Part shown: piece after piece, positions 1-10,200 of the stretch
Layout: every line of letters starts with the position of its first letter
Numbering within the stretch: the stretch's first letter is position 1
Source of the DNA: Podarcis tiliguerta
Taxonomy: Eukaryota
NCBI GenBank assembly: GCA_965153285.1
Contig: OZ229120.1
Reading direction: 5' to 3' (one strand)
DNA: 64,000 nucleotides
Notes under the pieces: generated by a model
Databases searched by the model: none
Seen by the model: only the letters and a program-made list of their open reading frames with translations
What the model was told of the DNA's origin: nothing
Position numbers and translations under genes: made by a program

Positions 1-169
1 TTTCCAATTCCGCTTTACTTCTTTAGTCTCTTGCCGTCTCCAAGGGATTTTCTGAAGGGGCAATAAAATAAAATGGGTGAAACAAAGCCATAAGCCGGTT
101 AAGTCTGAAAGACATGTCATCTCATCTAAAAAGAAGAAACGGACCATTTCCACACGTAGAGCTGACAGC

Positions 170-533
170 NNNNNNNNNNNNNNNNNNNNNNNNNNNNNNN
201 NNNNNNNNNNNNNNNNNNNNNNNNNNNNNNNNNNNNNNNNNNNNNNNNNNNNNNNNNNNNNNNNNNNNNNNNNNNNNNNNNNNNNNNNNNNNNNNNNNNN
301 NNNNNNNNNNNNNNNNNNNNNNNNNNNNNNNNNNNNNNNNNNNNNNNNNNNNNNNNNNNNNNNNNNNNNNNNNCCGAGTCAGTTGGAAATGGATTGAAGT
401 ANNNNNNNNNNNNNNNNNNNNNNNNNNNNNNNNNNNNNNNNNNNNNNNNNNNNNNNNNNNNNNNNNNNNNNNNNNNNNNNNNNNNNNNNNNNNNNNNNNN
501 NNNNNNNNNNNNNNNNNNNNNNNNNNNNNNNNN
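170..533. other. Two N-runs (170-373, 204 bp; 402-533, 132 bp) separated by a 28-bp island
   Basis: Read directly. Confidence 0.98.
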
Positions 534-949
534 AGCTGCACACCACTGAAACCAAGTCCCTGATGGAGGAACGGTGCAAGAACCCAAAGAACACGATTCA
601 CTCCAGAATCATAATCACCAAATAACACTTTTTAGGCAATTATACCATACTGCAGAAATCAGAATGACTTTCAATTATGCAAAGTTAAGCTGCCAACTAA
701 CTTTCTCAAAACAAACAAACAAACAAGCAGTATATGGACTAGCATGACAATAGGGTGCTTTTAGGAGACAACAGTCGAAAAGCAGAACTTGATGGGACTT
801 ACACCATAGTAGGGTTTTGCAGTATATATGAATTTCTGACCCAGGAAAGCTGTACTAGAAGCCACCATATCATCTTATGGCAGGCACCACTATTTTGAGA
901 GTGAGTGGCTAAAGGCTTGTCTACTCCACTTTTCCAGAGCAAGGGCCAA

Positions 950-1450
950 ACTGTGTCCAATTCTGGGCACCACAGTTTAGGAAGGATGTTAACAAGCTGG
1001 AACATGTGCAGAGGAGGGCAACCAAGATGATCAAAGGTCTGGAAACCAAGCCTTATGAGGAACGGTTGAAAGAGCTGGGTATGTTTATCCTGGAAAAGAG
1101 ACTGAGACTGAGAGGAGATGTGATAGTCATCTTCAGATATCTGAAGGGCTGTCACATGGAAGATGCAGTAAGCTTGTTTTCTCCTGCTTTTGAGGGTAGA
1201 ACTCGAACCAATGACTTCAAGTTACAAGAAAGGAGATTCTGACTAAACATCAGGAAGAACTTTCTGGCAGTAAGAGCTGTTAGAAAATAGAACAGACTCC
1301 CTCGGGAGGTTGTGGACTCTGGTTCCTTGGAAGTTTTTAAGCAGAGATTGGATCCCCTGTCATGGATGCTTTAGTTGAGATTCCTGCATTGCAGGGGGTT
1401 GGACTAGATTACCCTTGGAATCCTTTCCAACTCTACAATTGTATGATTAA
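950..1450 (+). mobile_element. CR1 LINE 3' fragment (ORF2 C-terminus plus 3'UTR)
   Basis: [36 protein letters not shown]; ends in a ccaactctacaattgtatgatt CR1-type tail. Confidence 0.95.
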
Positions 1451-2127
1451 CTCTAACTTGCAATATGGAATCCACATTTAAGTTAATATAATGCTTTTAG
1501 CATCAGTACGTTTCAGCTGGTTTCTCAGAAGAGCGCTGTGATGCATCTCATCTTACGTAGGCAAGGCTGGATGAGGATCCACAAATTGATGCTCAATTAG
1601 CTAATCCAGTCATTTGCTCCGAGTTAGGATGGTTCAGCTCCACGTACCAACCAATGCATTTTAAACTGTGTATACATCCTAGCATCAGTATGTTCTAGTT
1701 AATCACTAGGGCTTCAATATTTAATTGGTTATATAAATTGATTAAGAAATAATAATCGGGTAAACTAAAGAAGTACTTATGCAGATAACAAGCACAAGCT
1801 GAAAAGAGGTTTTTGGTCACAGATTATTCAGAAATTGTCTATCCGCTTCCAAAATTGCAAGCTGTAAGTAGTGAACCAAGGTGCATGGTTCTTTTCCTTT
1901 TCAGCGTTACAACAATTTTGATTTCAAAACATCTAATTGAGATTTCATGTTTTAAATATTTTGAAAACAAGGTGATTGTCTCAAACACTCAAACACAAAT
2001 ATCTCAATTACTTCAGCACAAAGTACTTCTCTACACTAGCTTAGGGCTCTGAACAGAAATGCAAAAATTAATCACCAACATGGTCAAGTGTTTTTCCAGA
2101 ATCATGCCAGCAGGCGGTTGAACTAGA

Positions 2128-2245
2128 GCAGGGATGAGGCATCTGTGATGCTCCCTCTGATCCTTATGTCAGCCTCAGCCAGCATGTCCACTGGTCAGGG
2201 ATGATGGGTGTTGGAATCTAGCAACGTTTGGAGGTTTGCGTTCCT
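2128..2245. repeat. Degenerate short palindromic squamate repeat (MITE-like); related copies near 3290-3395, 14060-14150 and 59520-59610
   Basis: cagccagcatg..ggtcagggatgatggg..gcaac..tggagg core shared among the copies. Confidence 0.55.
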
Positions 2246-2661
2246 GTACTTAAAGAGTGAAAAATGCACACCAGCAAATCATCAGTCCACACTCTTCTGG
2301 GTATGTTCAAAATGTAGTGATTTGTTGGTTGACGAAAGATACTCCTTCCAGATATATGGTCACATTTTCAGTACTTTAAAATAAAGGTCTCCAGAAGTTC
2401 ACAGCTTTCTGCTTTTGTTAAAACCTGATATAAGGTTGCTTAGTCTCTCCCTAAATCTATCCTTCCTCTTTACTATCCCTGTCCTTGAAGACTCCCTCCC
2501 CTGCCCACCAGTCACCAGTAATGTCAGACATTACCTGTTTTACATCCTTTATGTCACGTCACTTCCTTCACCCCAAGTTACTTTCCCAATATAGGGCAAG
2601 TGATGATTCAGTTTGACTCCACTACATCCTCCAAACTGTTATTAAAGCTATTTCTGGTACC

Positions 2662-2863
2662 CTTGCCAGAAATGGATGGTCTTCCACTTTGTGTTCCTGT
2701 TGGATCACCACCCTTCTGCCACATCATGAAGTCCTTGATTATCCCATGAAACTTTGGGCCACTGTAATAACTTTGCCTGGATGGCTCAGCAAAATGAAAT
2801 TTCAAGTGCATCCTTCCAGCATAGCTCCATACCAAGGACTATAGAAGTCTCCATAGAAACAGT
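2662..2863 (-). pseudogene. PPIL1: Processed pseudogene fragment of cyclophilin-like PPIL1
   Basis: Degenerate TVSMETS..MELCWKDA / FAEPSRQSYYSGPKFHGIIKDFM..GGDPTGTQSGRPSISGK versus PPIL1 [64 protein letters not shown]; intronless, with indels. Confidence 0.85.
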
Positions 2864-3954
2864 GTTTTTGTTGTTTTCACTATTCCTAAGACTCAGGGCC
2901 AAGTAACAATTTAAAAGAGAAGTCACAAGAAGGGCCAGTGATAATAACAGACCCTACCCAGTTGTGATACAATTGGCCAGAGAAAATAACCTATTACTGG
3001 CCAATTAAATATTTAATAAACATTAGCTTATTACTCAACTGGTAACAAGGTTCTTCACTAACAGGGAAGTTAATTACATATAGAAACCTTGTTAACGAAA
3101 TAATGGGCTCAGGTAGAGTTCGTAATAATTTATAGGATAATCCATTTCCTTGCCAGTGCATACATCCAAAGAGGATTGTTGGCAAGGTTTCATAGAATTG
3201 CTGTATAAATGAATTTTGGCGATCACCTCTGGTATTTTGAGGTATATGGAAGCACAGTACAAGCTGTGCTTGCTTATCCAGCTCACTTCCTCAACCTGGT
3301 GCCCTCCAGCTGTCTTACACTGCAACTCTGATTAGTTCCAGCCATTGACCACATTGTCTGAGGCATTTGGAGGGCACCAGTTTGGAGAAGGCTGATCTAG
3401 TAAGACACTTTTTAATCATTCAGCATATCAGTCAACTCTTTCTTCAAAATGAAGCAAAGGTCCTAAATTCTAGTAACTCCATTTCAAGCTCTTCAGCATC
3501 AAACCTCATGATGATGAGCTGCCAAGATTCTGGTGCCTAAAAACTATACAATAGAGAAGTGCTTCTGTCTCCTAAAACAAACACAATGTATGGAGAGGAA
3601 ACAGTCCAGCAGCTGGTGGAGCTGGGCTTCTGAAAAAGCAATGAAGTGCTAAAAAGGGAAGATTTCAGAGCTGGACTAGCTGAGGAAGCTTTCACGCTTT
3701 CAGAAAGACTCCAGCAAAATACCAGAGAGGGTTTAAAGGTAGGGCAGTCAACAGTTGGATGAAGCAACACAAAGAACAGATTAAATGTCTCCATACCTTT
3801 CCAAAGGAGTAACTGAAGTTTCCAAAAATAATGGATTGCCTTCTCCTGGTTGCCTTTTGACAGCCAGACTGCATGTGCATGGGCTCAGATTTCAATCTGC
3901 CCAATTCTCATCCACTGGCCTTTCTTTCTGTATCATCTGAAATGTACTTGAGGA

Positions 3955-4290
3955 AGGGCCTTCTCAGTGGCCAAACCTAATCTTTGGAGCAGTTTATGAG
4001 AAAGCTTCATCTAGCCCTCTTGTCGACAGCCTTTCACACACAGGCAAAGGCTTTTTATTTAAACATTTGGCCTGCTGGGCTGACTTAATTTGTTTTGCTG
4101 CTCTGCATTTTAATATGCATTTGTAAACTAGTTTTTGAACTAGCTGCTGATTTTGTCTGCTCTTATCTGATTTTCTTGTGGCTTACCTGTTTTTGTATAT
4201 TAGTTGTTTTTTATTGTAGATTTTATTGTTGACTTGCCCATTTTTTAAATAGAAAAGTGAGGTGTAAATATAACAAGTAATAAATCAAGG
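3955..4290 (+). mobile_element. Degenerate L2 LINE 3' end
   Basis: gccttctcagtgg...caggcaaaggctttttattt followed by a T-rich tail and aataaat. Confidence 0.5.
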
Positions 4291-4649
4291 CTTGGGGTGC
4301 TTCAAGAGTGTGACTGCCTGCTTCTTTCCTGCAGCCTTATAGTAGCTAGAATGCCGTAGGGCAGAGAATCTCACTGATCTACATTGCATTTGTGGAGATA
4401 GCTTGTTTCCAATTTAGGAAACTCAGGAAGACTTGCTGCTGCTGTATTCTAATGATAGCTCTTTGTTGTTTTAGAAAGGGACCAGAGATATAAATTTTCT
4501 GCCAATGCTTTAGTACCTCCAAAGTCACAGTACTTTGTATAAAGCAGCAGGCTATACATGAAAATGTTCACACTCTGAACTGTATTGATGCTCTAAGGGC
4601 AGCGAAGAAAAATAAATAAAGGTGAGGAGAGGGGGGTGCAAGCTACTCT

Positions 4650-5940
4650 CCTTTTTATAGTGTACATGTGGAATTTTGTGTCAGCATCAACTGGATAGGT
4701 TCTCTTTCTATTCGCTTGTTAATTTCCTTGGTAGTGAGGGGGATTGGGGGAGCCCAAGGTGTGGTTGGTTGGTTGTGGTTGGCTGTACAGTGGTACCTCG
4801 GGTTACATATGCTTCAGGTTACAGACTCCGTTAACCCAGAAATAATACCTCGGGTTAAGAACTTTGCTTCAGGATGAGAACAGAAATCGTGCTCTGGCGG
4901 CGCAGCAGCAGCAGGAGGCCCCATTAGCTTTAGTGGTGCTTCAGGTTAAGAACAGTTTCAGGTTAAGTATGGACCTCCGGAATGAATTAAGTACTTAACC
5001 TGAGGTACCACTGTAGTGAGGTTTGTTTGTATTTGTGAGGGGGTGGGGAGGGTTTGTTGGGTCAAGTAAGCCATATTGATTCATATGCTGTTGGTGGGTT
5101 CTTGTTGTCTTGTTGCGCTATGTATGTGATAAAGGGGAGCCATACTGGAGTAAAGGCATCCTCTTCTATTTGTCTCCGTGTCAGTTTCAGTCCATTGGTT
5201 AGCTTTTCTAGTAAAGCTGTTTCCCATACAATTTGGTACCAGTGGTCCATGTTCACTTCTGACAGGTCTCTCCAGTGTCTGGCTATGAGGCTGCTGAGAG
5301 TAGGTGGTTTATAAGCTCTTTATAATGTGAGTGTTCGTTATGATCTTGGAAAATGTTCAGTAGGGCCAGTTCTGGGGTGGCTCCTAATACCTGTTTAGTT
5401 ATTTTGCATATCTCTTGTAGGACTGCTGTCCAAAAGGGTTGGATTTTGGAGCATTCCCACCACATGTGGAAGTACTGCTGGATTGTTTAAGAAGGTGTTA
5501 GCCAGGGTATTTGGGTGTCCCCAAGTTTGTCTTGTACTGTATTTCTTGTGTCGGTATGGGTTTGTTGTTTATGTAGAAGTCTTTTAGACGGTGTAGGCCT
5601 TTGGCTTTCCAGGTTTTTATCTGGAGGTTTTGTGCTGTGTGTTGGAATAGTGGATGGGGAGCCACGGGTGTTAGTGGGGCTTGGCACAGTTTGCCTGCTT
5701 TTCCTTTCCATGCTTTAAGTATGGACTGCATGAAGCTGTTTAGTGTTGTGGGGATTTTATTTAGTTTGTTTTGGAAAAATAGTTATGCTGTTGTGGGGGT
5801 GTTTTCGATGGTCTCTCTCTCTAAGTGGACCCACTGTTTCATCTCATCTTCTAGAATATATGGGATTATGTGGTGTACTTGGTTGGCGATGTAATATGAT
5901 TCTATGATTCTAAGGGAGGGTGCAGGTATTTGCGGCTTAT
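4650..5940 (-). mobile_element. L1-clade LINE 3' fragment (ORF2 C-terminus plus 3'UTR), internally deleted and interrupted by a MITE
   Basis: Broken frames YYIANQ..WVHLE, WKAKGLHRLKDFY, HMWWECSKIQPFW, WYQIVWETALLEKLT..FTPVWLPFITY, typical of non-mammalian L1 ORF2. Confidence 0.85.
4788..5013. mobile_element. Tc1/mariner (Tigger-like) MITE
   Basis: TIRs CAGTGGTACCTCGGGTTA...TAACCTGAGGTACCACTG, flanked by TA on both sides. Confidence 0.92.
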
Positions 5941-7843
5941 TCTTGGCTTTTTGTGTGAGAAAAGAAACAAGTGTAGAAAACCTATATTAACTGTTCTGTA
6001 TGTTCTTTTAAGCACCTTTTAGGCAATTCTAAGCTGGTAGGCCCTCAAACCACTGCTGCTCTTGGCTTTGCACAAGCATCAAGCACAAGGTAAAAGAGGC
6101 TTCTTTGGGCTTCAGTCTTAGCTTGAAATACCTCAGGGAAAGCATGTTAAAGTTGGATAGAAAATATTTCACCCTGAGATTGAAAGTGGCGGGCCAGATA
6201 GCAACCGTTAGGGGAAGTTATAGCCTGGGGGTAGCCACACATTTCCTTGTGCCCATAATTTGTGCTCCTGGGCAACTGGGGCATATAGTCCCAAGATCTA
6301 CAAGTAATCACCACATGCTTTTACATTATCTTACTCTTAGTCAAGAACCTGGCTATACTAGACTCATTACTGCAGTTGTTCCTGTTCTGTCTTCTATCAC
6401 TCAATTTCAAACTCTAAAACAGCAGCACCATATAGAATTCCAAAAGTCTCTTGGCCCTAATATTTTTATTAGCTTGGCCAATCATATTTCCAAATGCTGA
6501 ACCAACTCCTTCTGCTGGAACACAGGTAGTTTTGTTTGGGAGTGGGTGAGATTCATATACATAGCTTGCAGACTTTTTAGTCCTAAGGACATTCAGTCAG
6601 TTTCTGCAACTCCTGATTTTAAGCTGTCTGTGGGCAGGGACCAATCTTGTTTTGCTTATGAAACAGTACTATGAAATTTAAAATAGTATTTTTAAATGTG
6701 CTGCTTATCCAATAAACTAACCACAATAAAGAATTAAAGTGTAGCCAAGATGTTTTAAAATATCAACATTTACATTCACATTTTTAAAACAGGAAACATT
6801 TGCCCTAATTAAAACACATTATCCAAACTGATTAATCTGAGTCCTTCTCCCATTTAACTGATTTGGGAATTCAAATTTAGTTCTCCCAAAAATTAGGATT
6901 CATAATAGATGCAACTATTTTATGTTACCTCAGGGTGTTCTATTTGAATGCATACAGTACTTTTGAGTGAAATATGTGTGCGTCACAGAAATTATTATTG
7001 TATTTTGAATTGACATTGGATTGCAATCAGGTCAGCAAACTACTCACAGCACACACCTCATTCAGCTGCACATGATAATGAACTTTTAAAGATACTCTCT
7101 CATTAAAGGAAAAGAGTAGAAAGGGTATCTAAAATGTATTCATTTTACTCATTCAACCACATTCGTATTATTCGTTTGCTAATATTTTCTACCTCTTTAA
7201 AAAATTAGTGATTTATGTAGCAATGAATACAATCTTCCTTGTATTTGAAAACTGAAAAACATGTTTAGGCGAGTAATAAAAGTGAGCTTCAGCAAAACCA
7301 GAACTTTTAGGCATCACTGTGAATCACTATCACAGAATAAAAATTGAAACTTACTTACAGGACTTTTCTATATTGTGGTAACTTGGGCTTGCATAATAGC
7401 TAGGAATTTCCAGAGATGGAGTAAAAAACTTTTCATATTTTACCTGTTAGGTCAAAACTCTTGGCAAATAAATGAAGCTCTCTAGGACCATTGAATGAAT
7501 GGGCATTGCTAAGCAACCACATTTTTCAATTTGATGTGGGTCTTCCTAAACCACCATGAGTGATCCCAATGGCTTTCTAACTAAACTTTCTAAACTCAAG
7601 AAGAGATAGTACTATCATAGTCTCTCTGACTCTTTTCCATCCAGATATTTGTAATTCCAATTGGGTCAAAATTATAATGTTTATATTTTCTCTAGGCATC
7701 TTTTCATTTCCTTTCAACTTCTCTCTCCTCATCCCCCTCTTTTTGCATTTTTTAAACCAACATAAAATATATAAATGAATACTTGCAGTGTCTTAGCTAA
7801 CCACCTCCTCTTTTAGGGAAGCTTAGTGATCTCCAGATCTCCA

Positions 7844-8295
7844 GGACGCGGGTGGCGCTGTGGGTAAAACCTCAGCGCCTAGGACTTGCTGATCGTATGG
7901 TCGGCGGTTCAAATCCCCGCAGCGGGGTGAGCTCCCGTCGTTCGGTCCCAGCTCCTGCCCACCTAGCAGTTCAAAAGCACTCTTAAGTGCAAGTAGATAA
8001 ATAGGTACCGCTTTATAGTGGGAAGGTAAACGGCGTTTCCGTGTGCTGCGCTGGTGCAGGCTCGCCAGAGCAGCTTCATCACCCTGGCCACGTGACCCGG
8101 AAGTGTCTCCGGACAGCGCTGGCCCCCGGCCTCTTAAGCGAGATGGGCGCGCAACCCTAGAGTCGGACACGACTGGCCCGTATGGGCAGGGGTACCTTTA
8201 CCTTTGCGCTGGCCCCCGGCCTCTTAAGCGAGATGGGCTCGCAACCCTAGAGTCGGACACGACTGGCCCGTATGGGCAGGGGTACCTTTACCTTT
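7844..8295 (+). mobile_element. Sauria SINE with tandemly duplicated 3' 90 bp
   Basis: tRNA-like head (ggtggcgctgtgg...ggttcaaatccc), (ACCTTT)n tail, 16-bp TSD TTAGTGATCTCCAGAT (7823-7838 / 8294-8309). Confidence 0.93.
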
Positions 8296-9449
8296 AGTGA
8301 TCTCCAGATAGCTGGTTGGCACTGAGGTTGGATTTTCAGAATATGGTGAGTGGGTACTGTCCGCAGGGTAGAAGTTACGGTAATTCTTTGTTCTGTGCTA
8401 TAACGGAGTGACTACTTTGCCACGTAACCTGTATGGAGCCAATGCCTGTATTTATAAAAATTGGTTGAATGCAATACCATGCCCACTTCACCACTATGTT
8501 TACTTCTATGCCTCTAGCTTATATACAAATTGCGTCTTAAATAATCTGCAGTCAATATGAAAAAATGTTGTCTAAATCTGGCCTTAAATGAGACACTGAA
8601 ACAGTTACTCACTAGTGGACCATTCAACAGAATTATACCACATAGATTTATGTGCTTTAGCAGAACCATTACAGAACCCAATAAAATCAGACATGATATC
8701 GAGGATACATTCTCATGATTGTCATATAACTTCCTTTATCAACTGACCTTGAACAACGTACATTGGCCAAATGGGGTAGTTCCAGAGTAGTAAAATGGAG
8801 ACCTACTAAAAAGGCAAGATATAGGAACCAGTTCTGAACCATGGATAGCTTGTTGGAACACGAACTGCATAACTGGGATTTTTAAATAATTTAATAGTGT
8901 TTGAATATTAGTGACTTTCTCTTAATAAACCTTACACGGTCTCCTCTGACTATACAGTATATGTGTTGTTAGTGTTCCAGCGATCAGAGTGAGCTCTGTG
9001 ACCTTTAGATACAAAACAAATTCTCTCTCTAAGCAGTTTTTAAACTCACATGAGCACAAACCTCTCTAGTCTACTTTATGTATTGGATGAGTAGGCTATT
9101 GACCATGGAAGATACAATAAATTGACTACAGTAGACCAGTCTGTCCCTAAAGTGCCACAGAATCCTCATTTCTTCTCTAGTATAGAGAAGCTGCTGCATA
9201 AAGCTAAATTCTATAACCAAATGATAATGCAGAAGAAAGGTGGTGTGATCACTTACATGTTACACTGGACAGAATAGATACATTTCCCAAACCCATCACC
9301 TATGATGTAAATCTAGAATTAAGTCTGTAATAAGTTGACTAATGAAACTCATTGCAATTTTTGAGGCTTTCTAAAAAGTAGAATTTCAACACTGAGGTTC
9401 TCAAGTAATAGGTTGTAATAGAAATTTTGTTTTTAATAGCTCCCAGAAG

Positions 9450-10046
9450 AAAACAAATTTATCATAACATGACTTTATTAGAATCTCAATTTTTAGAAAA
9501 TTATGGTAGCCGTGAGGAACGATTAGATACAAATATATGCTCAAGTACAGAAGCAAATAGTCTCTGGGATATAAAAACTGCAAAATTTTATCTCTCTCAA
9601 ACACTCCAGTACAATCAACACTGTGAAGGTGTTTTCCATATTGATTTCCTTGAATTTTATTTTAGTGTTCTGATTAAGCTGATTTTTCCCCAGTACCTTA
9701 TTCCTCAGTCTTTTATTGTTTTCATGAGAGAAAACAAAACATGAAAATGAGGAAAGCAGAAAGAGTATGAGGCTAGGAAAAACACCTTGTAAATAACATT
9801 TATGAATTTAGCTGACAGTAAAGTACATGTTTCTTTGGTTAAAAAGCAAGGGGGAAAGATGCGAAGTACTTGCTTGTGTGTGATAGATGCACACTATAGC
9901 ATTCTAAAACAGGAGATAAGAATGTCAAGAGTGTATTCTTCCCCCACTGCCAGATGGAAAGGCTATTATTATAAATGAAAGGCAGCAGTAGTGGATGCCA
10001 GGCACTTTTGTTGTGTGCCAGATTCTGAAGTCCAGATGTAAGCAGG
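9450..10046 (-). other. AP3B1: AP3B1 3'UTR (distal end approximate)
   Basis: Directly follows the stop codon; minus-strand AATAAA hexamers at 9712-9717, 9656-9661 and 9474-9479; the site actually used cannot be determined here. Confidence 0.6.
9832..9839 (-). promoter_or_regulatory. miR-9-5p 8mer seed-match site (ACCAAAGA) in AP3B1 3'UTR
   Basis: Plus strand TCTTTGGTTA (9832-9841) equals miR-9-5p nt 1-10, so the mRNA is complementary; AU-rich context. Confidence 0.65.
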
Positions 10047-10200
10047 TTACCCCTGGGACAGGACAGGCTTCAGCTCCCGCAGCAGAATAGAGCCAATCAC
10101 GGTTTTCTCGGTGTTTATGATGAGCTGTGCTGTAGACCCTTCTTCCATCTCCACTGTGACTAGCAGCAGTGACCCACTATGCACCGTTTTAGCTGCAAAT
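10047..10200 (-). CDS. AP3B1: AP3B1 last coding exon (FAAKTVHSGSLLLVTVEMEEGSTAQLIINTEKTVIGSILLRELKPVLSQG*)
   Basis: cctctAG acceptor at 10201-10202; 154 bp ending in TAA (10047-10049); C-terminus ELKPVLSQG matches beta3A. Confidence 0.98.

Noticed and set aside
77-628. Long ORFs spanning N-runs (also at 24037-24725, 26457-26878, 31642-31881, 37644-37932, 45344-45913, 47007-47317, 58140-58541)
   Set aside because: They are open only because N codons translate as X; no coding evidence
1006-1242. 78-aa ORF as a host gene
   Set aside because: CR1 ORF2 fragment
7844-7930. tRNA-like sequence with A/B boxes (also about 63432-63520)
   Set aside because: tRNA-derived head of a Sauria SINE, not a tRNA gene
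10044-10049. Stop-codon readthrough of AP3B1
   Set aside because: Stop is TAA-CCTG, not the TGA-CTAG readthrough context
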